Shown here: piece by piece, positions 50,772 to 64,000 of the stretch
How the letters are laid out: each line of letters starts with the position of its first letter
Numbering within the stretch: position 1 is the first letter of the stretch
Origin: the human T2T-CHM13v2.0 reference genome, Homo sapiens
DNA length: 64,000 nt
NCBI RefSeq assembly: GCF_009914755.1
Contig: NC_060932.1
Strand: one strand, 5' to 3'
Notes under the pieces: model-generated
The model's database searches: none
What the model was told of the DNA's origin: nothing
What the model saw: only the letters and a program-made list of their open reading frames with translations
Translations under genes and position numbers: made by a program

Positions 50772-51347
50772 TGCCGAGACTTGATTAGGTAAACAAAGTG
50801 GCTGGGAAGCTCGAACTGGGTGGAGCCCACCACAGTTCAAGGAGGCCTGCCTGCCTCTGTAGGCTCCACCTCTGGGGGTAGGGCACAGACAAACAAAGAG
50901 ACAGCAGTAACCTCTGCGGGCTTAAATGTCCCTGTCTGACAGCTTTGAAGAGAGTAGTGGTTCTCCCAGCACGCAGCTTGAGATCTGAGAAGGGGCAGAC
51001 TGCCTCCTCAAGTGGGTCCCTGACCCCCGAGTAGCTTAACTTGGAGGCACACCCCAGTAGGGGTGGACTGACACCTCACACAGCCAGGTACTCCTCGGAC
51101 ACAAAACTTCCAGAGCAACGATCAGGCAGCAGCATTTGCGGTTCACCAATATCTGCTGTTCTGCAGCCACCACGGCTGATACCCAGGCAAACAGGGTCTG
51201 GAGTGGACCTCTAGCAAACTCCAACAGACCTGAAGCTGAGGGTCCTGTCTGTTAGAAGGAAAACTAACAAACAGGAAGGAGATCCACACCAAAAACCCAT
51301 CTGTACGTCACCATCATCAAAGACCAAAGGTAGGTAAAACCACAAAG

Positions 51348-52359
51348 ATGGGGAAAAAACAGAGCAGAAAAACTGGAAACTCTAAAAATCAGAGCGCCTC
51401 TCCTCCTCGAAAGGAACGCAGCTCCTCACCAACAATGGAACAAAGCTGGACGGAGAATGACTTTGATGAGTTGAGAGAAGAAGGCTTCAGACGATCAAAC
51501 TACTCCGAGCTAAAGGAGGAAGTTCGACCAATGGCAAAGAAGTTAAAAACTTTGAAAAAAAATTAGATGAATGGATAACTAGAATAACTAATGCAGAGAA
51601 GTCCTTAAAGGACCTGATAGAGCTGAAAACCAAGGCACGAGAACTACGTGACAAATGCAGAAGGCTCAGTAGCCAATGTGATCAACTGGAAGAAAGGGTA
51701 TCAGTGATGGAAGATGAAATGAATGAAATGAAGCAAGAAGAGAAGTTTAGAGAAAAAAGAATAAAAAGAAACGAACAAAGCCTCCAAGAAATATGGGACT
51801 ATGTGAAAAGACCAAATCTACATCTCATTGGTGTATCTGAAAGTGACGGGGAGAATGGAACCAAGTTGGAAAACACTCTGCAGGATATTATCCAGGAGAA
51901 CTTCCTCAATCTAGCAAGGCAGGCCAACATTCAGATTCAGGAAATACAGAGAACGCCACAAAGATACTTCTCGAGAAGAGCAACTCCAAGACACATAATT
52001 ATCAGATTCACCAAAGTTGAAATGAAGGAAAAAATGTTAAGGGCAGCCAGAGAGAAAGGGTGGGTTACCCACAAAGGGAAGCCCATCAGACTAACAGCTG
52101 ATCTCTCAGCAGAAACTCTACAAGCCAGAAGAGAGTGGGGGCCAATATTCAACATTCTTAAAAGAATTTTCAACTCAGAATTTCATATCCAGCCAAACTA
52201 AGCTTCATAAGTGAAGGAGAAATAAAATCCTTTACAGACAAGCAAATGCTGAGAGGTTTTGTCACCACCAGGCCTGCCCTAAAAGAGCTCCTGAAGGAAG
52301 CACTAAACATGGAAAGGAACAACTGGTACCAGCCACTGCAAAAACATGCCAAATTGTAA
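51348..52359 (+). pseudogene. L1 ORF1p, frameshifted
   Basis: MGKKQSRKTGNSKNQSASPP start; frameshifts near 51530 and 52160. Confidence 0.95.
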
Positions 52360-52422
52360 AGACCGTCAAGGCTAGGAATAAACTGCATCAACTAATGAGC
52401 AAAACAGCCAGCTGACATCATA

Positions 52423-56246
<3,824 letters not shown>

Positions 56247-57629
56247 ACAATGAGAACATGTGGACACAGGAAGGGGAACATCACACACCAGGGCCTGTTG
56301 TGGGGTGGGGGGAGGAGGGAGGGATAGCATTAGGAGATATACCTAATGTTAAATAACGAGTTAATGGGCACAGCACACCAACATGGCACATGTATATATG
56401 TGTAACTAACCTGCATGTTGTGCACATGTACCCTAAAACTTAAAGTATAATAAAAAAAATAATTCTCAGCTGGAGATTCCATCACTTGGTCCATAGGATC
56501 TCCCTTTTGTTAACTTTGTTCAGTTGCTTGCCTTTAGGCGGAGCTATCCTTAAGTCACCCCGGAGCTGGTGAGAATTTAGCCTGCTACTAAAGGCTGCCA
56601 GGGAGGAGGTGCCATTCCCTGCTCAGGCAACCCATCCTGTGTCTCTCAGCCCTCCCATGGAACACAGATTCTTATCGAGAAGTCGCCACTGGAAATGTGA
56701 GCTGCTTGCTTTTTCTTTTCTTCCCAGGCAAAAGTTTATTTTTAAATAAATTGTTCCTTTCAGAACAAGGCTTGGATCTTACTGTTTAGTCATTTTATTC
56801 CAAAGTAGATACAATAGTTTGCCTCAACTCACCCCAGGACTTGTGGGCGCTCAACAGAGTGACAGCAGGAGGCCCTGCGCATCCGCTGGCCTTGTCTGTC
56901 CCCCTGCTGGATGTAATCTGCGGGGTCACGGTGCCCACTGACTGCAGAAACGCTCCGCTTTGTAGGAAGAATAAGCATTGAATGAAAATCCTTCTGTGAA
57001 CAGACCTGTAGTCATTTGATCTCACCTGCGCTTGTCACTATCGCCTGAGTAAAAATAAAGCCTTCCTAATTTACCTCACTTCTCGGGGAGGGGAACGTCC
57101 ACCTGATCCCAAAATGAACTTCGTGATTCTGAGCAGACTCTGCTTTGTGACTGTGTCCACAGCCCTGAGCTTGGTTTCACCTGGTGTTCGTCAGCCTCTT
57201 TCTCTTGGGGAAGACAGCCTGGGGGCAGGCCGAGAGGTCAAGATTTGGTCGTGTGCTTTTACTATGGACACCGACAGGATCTCCCCTTCTCCCCTTCCGC
57301 TTTTCCTTTCTACGCTCTGGGCGGGGACTGGTGAGCACGAAACAGTGAGTGTTTCTGCAGTCACGAGAGTGGTCTTGCCAGCAGAGAAAAGCTTCTCACA
57401 GGTGCACACAGTGCTGAACGCACCTGCAAACTCTGTGGGAGGCTGAGGCAGTGCACAGCCCCTCTCGCTGAGGGGAGGAGGAGCCCCCATCCGAGACACC
57501 TCAGGGCAGGCGGCCTATAGGTGGCACCTAGCCACGCTACAGTGAAGCACACCTGCTGCAGCAAAGCCCACCTGCCTCTCCTCGTACTCATGCTACTTAG
57601 TGAAGGCTCAAAGGCAGGTCTTTTTAATC

Positions 57630-57745
57630 CTAACAGAGGGGGAAACTGAGGCACTGAGAGCTTACATGGCTTGTCCCGGGTGACTTGGCTGTTAAATCAT
57701 AACACTGGGGTTCAAATCCAAAGTTATGTGACTGCAGAGCCTCAG
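57630..57745 (-). mobile_element. MIR fragment
   Basis: ACAGAGGGGGAAACTGAGGCAC. Confidence 0.7.
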
Positions 57746-58711
57746 GTTTTTGTTTTTCCTGCTGTGCTGCTTGGCTAAACAATGTTACTGGCTGACTGGC
57801 AGGGATCATCGCCAGTTTTTAAGTTCCTAATAATTTGAAAAAAAAAAAAAGTAAACCAAAATGCATTTCTCCTCAGAAGTCAGGGAGGAATATGTCCTCT
57901 GGTCCTGGAAAATGAATACGTGAATGAATGAATGAATGAATGAAGTGAGTAAATGTATCCTCCTTATTCTAACTACAACCACGCTCCAGGGCCTCCCTGG
58001 CTTTCCGTCCTACCTCGCACCCGTTTCACGAGGCAGTTGGGCGGATGGATCCCCATCCTAGGCTGTGTCCTCCTCTCCCCTTCTCCGGCCGTGTGGTGGG
58101 AAAGCCTTGAACAGGGGATGAGGAACCTGGTCCTTGAGTCACTGAGACTTGCAGAGCTTCAGGGGCCTCCACTCAAACATGGGACGAGAAGCGCCCTTCA
58201 GTGCTGCCTCAAGGCTCTAAGGAGGTGAAGCTGCTGCAGGCAGCTGGGCAAGCGCACCAGGCACGGGGGCAGGGGCGGCTTCGGAATGAGGCGGCTCCAC
58301 ATCTCGCCGCAGCAGGGCCAGGCAGGACCCAGGGTCTGAACCTCCTCCACTGTGGAGCCAGAGACCCCCCGGAGTCAGGCCGTCAGTTCCCAGAAGACAG
58401 ACAGGAGGCCGGGCTGCAGGCGGGGCAGCCCAGCTGTGGCCGCGCCCTCCACGGCCTGAGCTGGGACTCAAGTGACATCTGTTGTACTATCCCGTTGATG
58501 TCTAAAAAAACAACTTACATCCCGCTTTCACTCTGGGGGAATTACCTGTCTGCACTGAGCACAGTCTGGTGGGACAGGTAAGCTGATGTTCTCTTTCTCT
58601 GGCGTTTGAATTCTAGAGCAGAAGAACAGGAAGCTGGAAACAGTGGGCCCTCGCTCACCCCCTCAGAGTGCCCTGAAAGAACCCCAGCCCGGAGTTCCTC
58701 GGTTGCCCTCT

Positions 58712-59410
58712 GCATTTGCTTCCTGGGGCTGCCTTAACATAGAACCAGAAACTGAGGGGGCTTAAACCAGTGGTCCCCAGCCCTTTTGGCACCAGGGACT
58801 GGCTTCACGGAAGGCAGTTTTTCCATGGAGGGGGGTCGATTTCGGGATGAAACTGTTCCACTTCAGATCATCAGGCATTCGATTCTCATAAGGAGAGCAC
58901 AACCTAGATCCCTGGCATGCGCAGTTCACAGCAGGGTTCAGCCTCTGGGCTGATCTGACAGGAGGCCAAGCTCAGGCGGTAATGCTTGCTCTCTGCTTAC
59001 CTCCTGCTGTGCAGCCTGGTTCCTAACAGGCCACTGACTGGTAATGGTCTGCGGCCCAAGGGTTGGGGACCCCTGGCTTAAAAAACAGGAATCGTATCAT
59101 CTCACAGTTCTGGAGGCTGGAAGTCTAAAATCGAGGTGCCGGCAGGGTGGTTCCTCCTGAGGCCTCTCTCCTTGGCTTGTAGATGTCTTCGTGTTCACAC
59201 AGCATTTCCCTCTGTGTTGATGAGTCTGTCTCTAAATTTCTACTTTTTATAAGAACATCAGTCATACTGGATTAGGGCCCACTCTAATGACATCATCTTA
59301 ACCAATTATTTCTTCAACAACCTTATTTCCAAAGAAGGCCACATTCTGAGCTACTGGAGGTTAAGACTTCAGCATACGGACTTTTGGGGGCCGCAATTCA
59401 GCTCATAACA
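58712..59410 (-). mobile_element. MLT1B-type MaLR LTR split by MER1B
   Basis: CTCACAGTTCTGGAGGCTGGAAGTC..GGATTAGGGCCCAC; TSD (C/T)CCTC. Confidence 0.85.
58768..59075 (-). mobile_element. MER1B MITE
   Basis: CAGTGGTCCCCAGCC..GGTTGGGGACCCCTG termini; 8-bp TSD GCTTAAA(C/A). Confidence 0.92.
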
Positions 59411-59552
59411 TCCTCCTTTCCCAGTGCAGTTCCCCTGCCTCCTTGTCAGTTCTGTGACTTCCTCATATCATGCCAGTCAATTCTTTTTTCACTTAAGTTC
59501 TCTGAAGTCTGTTTCTGTTGCTGGCAACCCAAGAACTCTGATGAAATATGGG

Positions 59553-59688
59553 CTCCTATCAGCCAGAGGGAGGGCTGTGTCTCCAGACACACTCCCGATT
59601 TCCTAACCAGAACTCAGACTCTCCTATCAGCCAGAGGGAGGACTCTGTCTCCAGACACACTCCCGATTTCCCAGCCAGAACTCAGGCT
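59553..59688 (+). repeat. 68-bp tandem duplication (2 copies)
   Basis: Units 59553-59620 and 59621-59688, about 5 mismatches. Confidence 0.95.
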
Positions 59689-61218
59689 GCTGAAGAACAC
59701 CTCCACCTCAAAGGGGTTGGATGCCACCTTGACCCTCTGAGGTTCCCCTAAGGAGTAAATGTGAGCTGTCAGGCAGCAGCCCACAGAGGGCAGCTTTAGC
59801 TCAATGCCACAGGGGAGCCCTAGTGACACACTGAGTCAGCCCCAGAGCTGGCTCAGTCAGGGGCAAGGGAGCTGGCGTTCTTATACCCCACACTAGACAC
59901 CACGGCCCAGGGCTTGGTGTGTGAATTCTCAGGCAGCCTGGAGCAGTCCTCCAACAAAGAGACAAGCATGCTGCCACCAGAATGAAAGCCCACAGAACAT
60001 TAAAGAACCAGCCTGAGGAGAGATCTGCAGAGCTCTGAGGATCTGCCATGATCTTCCACATTTTGAGTCTGTCCTCACTTTCCACAACAAACCCTGTTGT
60101 GTGCTTTCTGGATTTGACCTGTGTGAGGCTGGCTCAGCCAGGCTGGGGCCCTGACACCCAGAGTGACTGCAGACGCCTGTGCCCTCTTAGGCTTAGGCCC
60201 TGGCTTGACCACAGCAGGCACCTCCCACTGCCTCTTCCCATCCCCTGCCAAGTGGGACACACAGACTGTCCTGAGCTGTATTACTTCTTAGTATCAGCAG
60301 CCAAAATATACTGACCTCTGCACCAAGCACTTTAAACCCATTGTCTCGATTAATCTCTATTTATTCATTTATTATTTTTTGAGACGGAGTCCCATTCCAT
60401 CACCCATCCTCAGATGAGGCACTGAGAGGTTTAATAACTAGTTCAAGGTCATGCTGCTAGAAAATGGCAGAACCAGGACATATCCCATGTATGTCCACCT
60501 CCCATGCCCTCCTCCTAGCCCATTTCCCACCTCTAGGCTGGACTGGGGAATATGCTCAGGTTCAAGGACAGGTGAAGATGGTGGCGTAGACTCAGTAGAA
60601 GTTCCTTTTACTTTGGTTTACTTCCTAAGTAAGTGTGAAGGATACAAATGCAATTCTGGTGCAGGTGAGTAGATGAGCTCCCCGTTACTTCTCTTCGGTT
60701 TCACGAAGGCCCATCCAAAGATTGGTGGTCTTAGAGGCTGCACAGGTGTAATGAGACATTGGCTATACTGGAGAAGCACAGAACTGTGGGCTGGCTGCCT
60801 TTGATACCCTGAGCTACATCACCACCCAGAAACAACTTCAACTGCCTTATAAAGCAATGATCCCACTCCTTGGTGAGTCATGTCACCAAACCTCATCTGA
60901 AGGTGGGGGTTCCAGGTCTGGGAGTTCTTGCAGTGTCAACACTGGGGCAATTGCCCCTTATTGGTGCCAGTGTCACATAGGCCTTGGAGTTTCCCATTCA
61001 TATCCACCTCAGGGCTTTTCATGGGCAGGGCTGGACACACCTATCCACCACGCTGTCCCTCAGGCCTGGGGCTGGAGCTGCGGCCCCTCCACGGATGCTC
61101 TGTGAATAAGGGCGACCCATTCTGTCCTACATCAGCTTCACATGTGTCACTCTGCAATGGCCTCTGCATTGAAAAATTCCTCCCCAGAAGGAGGCCCAGC
61201 TTCTGATGGCTTTGGAAA

Positions 61219-61635
61219 GTGATGATGGTTAATTTCACGTGTCAACTTGACTGGGCTAAGGGATGCCCCCATAGCTGGTAAAACATGATTTCTTGGTGTG
61301 TTTGTGAGGGCATTTCTGGAAGAGATTGGCATTTGGATTGGTAGACTGAGTGAAGAAGAGCCCCCCTCGCCAATATCGGCGGGCATCATCCAATCCTTTA
61401 AGGACCTAAATGGCACAGAAGAGGTGGAGGAAGGACAGATTTGCTCTCTGCCTGAGCTGGGACATCCATCTCCTCCTGCCTAGGACATAGCCACTCCTGG
61501 TTCTCCGGCTGGCGGCTGGCAGATCAAAGAACTTCTCCGCCTCCACAATCATGGGAGCCAATCCTCACAAATCTCTTTCTGTAGATCCATGTCTGTCCTA
61601 TTGATTCTGTGTCAATAGGATACCCCGACTTATGT
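61219..61635 (+). mobile_element. MLT2B-type ERVL LTR
   Basis: GATGGTTAATTTCACGTGTCAACTTGACTGGGCTAAGGGATGCCC start. Confidence 0.85.
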
Positions 61636-62305
61636 GGCCCCTTAGCACATTTCACCTCAGAGATGCTCGCAGGCCCAGGCAAGCAGTGGTGACTGCCCTC
61701 GAGGCCTCTCCCAGGACTCCTAGCTGGAAAAGGGGTCTGCAGGGCTTTGTTCTGGGCTGTGTGCTGTATCGACTTTTCCAGGACCACTCCCAGACTCCAG
61801 CCACTGTATGTGACTGTGCACAGCCCCACTCTAGGAGGCGCCCTTCTTATTGCATACCCTTGGCAATGTGAGGAGTGGCCCCTGGAGGAGTGCAGGCCAC
61901 AGAGTGTGTGGCTGTACAGGGCAGCCCTGCTTCAACCTGCCCATTGTTACCTCCCATTTCCCCCAAGGCTGCTCTGGCCTAGAGTCCGAGCTGTGTGGTC
62001 AGAAATCTTTGACTCCTTCCTCTTCCTCATCCTCCATAGCCAATCAGTGTTCAAGTCCATTCAAGACTTTCCTCCTAACTCCCCCACACCCCACCCACAT
62101 TAGTCGCTTCCTTTGATTTCCACTTCTCCAGGTGCCATCCATACCTCTCAGGCTCACACCTGGTTGGCTGCAGGGGCATCTGACCTAGCCGTCCTTCCTC
62201 CAGTCTCATGCCCGCCATCCATTCATCGTCCAGCATACACTTACCAAGCACCTATTCTGTGTTGGGCACCCCATCAGGCACTGGGCATGCAAAGAAATAG
62301 GACAA

Positions 62306-62885
<580 letters not shown>

Positions 62886-63956
62886 TCACTGTCATGGCAA
62901 GTGCTTTGGGAGTTGAGGGAGGAAAACCGTGGAGAACAGGGACAGCTGTCCCGCAGTGATAAGTAGGGCTTTCATGAGGTAGCTGTTTTAGAAATTCCAT
63001 CTTTTCAAAAAACTTCAGTAGAGATATATTTTTAAAAAATGACATCAGACTGATGTTTTAAAAAAATGTGGCCCAGTGCTTACACAGGCCACGACATGAC
63101 CCAGGTTATAGAGGAATAAGGCATGGCTCTTTGTTAAGAGCACAGTCTAGTTGGCAGAGACAGCTATATTAAGAAAATAATTTCAATCCACTCTACTCAG
63201 ACTTCACTCTCTTTCCATCATTAAGATCCCTCTTTGCAAAGCCTCCCACGGCTTACCATTACCTGTAGGAGAGAGTCCCACATGCTTGGCCCTGTGATGA
63301 ATCATCCACTCACTCAGCCAGATACCTTGTCTATTCCCTGAAATCCACTGACTCGCCACGTGCTACTTCCTTCAGGGTTCTGAGCCTCAGGTGTGCATCT
63401 CAAAAAGGGACATACTACCTGTTTATTGTATCTGAAATTAAATATACAGAGAGATACATGAATATAGTCTATACCAGTGATTGGCACAGAGGAGGTTCTC
63501 AATAAAAAACCTTCAACTTCAAAATAAAAGCAAACCTTCTAAGCACCTGCCATGTGCTAGAGAGCCTGCTCTGCAAATGGCTTGGACACCCAGGTGGGAC
63601 CAGGCCTGTCCAAGTATAAAAACTCTCCACAGCTCAACCCCCACGGGCCTTCCTCTCATTTCATTCCCCCCTTCCTATTCTGATCCTGCTAAATTACCCC
63701 AAGCAGATACGAGTTTTACAAATCCTTAGACGTGCAAAAATGGGAGTTCGTCTTCCCATAACCCAACAGAACTTTGCTCTTATCCTCGTTGCTGTGCTAA
63801 GAGTTGTTTCGTCATAACTTTAATGATTTCCTTCTTTCCCACCAGCTGGTAGAACTTTCACTCCTCTCCTTTCTTAGAGATGGGGAAAGACTGCTCTTCC
63901 AGCATCACCCCTCACTCACTCTACCACCCCCGATTTTGCTTACTCCATGGTTTACG

Positions 63957-64000
63957 GCAAGGGCTGGCAAACGTTTTCTATAAAGGGCCAGACAGTAAAT
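63957..64000 (+). mobile_element. MER58 start (cut by the window end)
   Basis: GGCAAACGTTTTCTATAAAGGGCCAGACAGTAAAT. Confidence 0.8.

Noticed and set aside
59553-59688. Repeat units as a CRISPR-like array
   Set aside because: Only two abutting copies, no spacers, eukaryotic context and no cas genes

Overview
This is primate, almost certainly human-lineage, non-coding euchromatic DNA with no recognisable host protein-coding exon. About half of the window is transposon-derived: roughly 37 Alu/FLAM/FRAM copies, many solo LTRs (THE1, MER51, two MER39, MER41, MER4, MER34, MLT1, MLT2, MST), MIR/L2/L1M relics, DNA-transposon MITEs (MER33, two MER1B, MER5A, MADE1, MER58) and one full-length but disabled L1PA4-type LINE-1 (about 50319-56460). 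The only long ORFs with clear homology are fragments of that L1 (ORF1, ORF2 and an open antisense ORF0). Other notable elements are a retroposed U4 snRNA pseudogene inside a MER4 LTR, a CpG-rich promoter-like segment at about 7.5-8.2 kb followed by minus-strand splice-site-bounded segments suggesting a spliced lncRNA running off the left edge, a divergent pair of extended CTCF motifs (about 25.2 kb and 45.2 kb), a MER41 LTR with intact tandem GAS motifs and a nearby NF-kB doublet. Subfamily names come from recalled consensus sequences, not from a RepeatMasker run, and repeat boundaries are approximate unless a TSD is quoted. I found no evidence of a novel coding system; the best leads are regulatory and retrotransposon-biology hypotheses.
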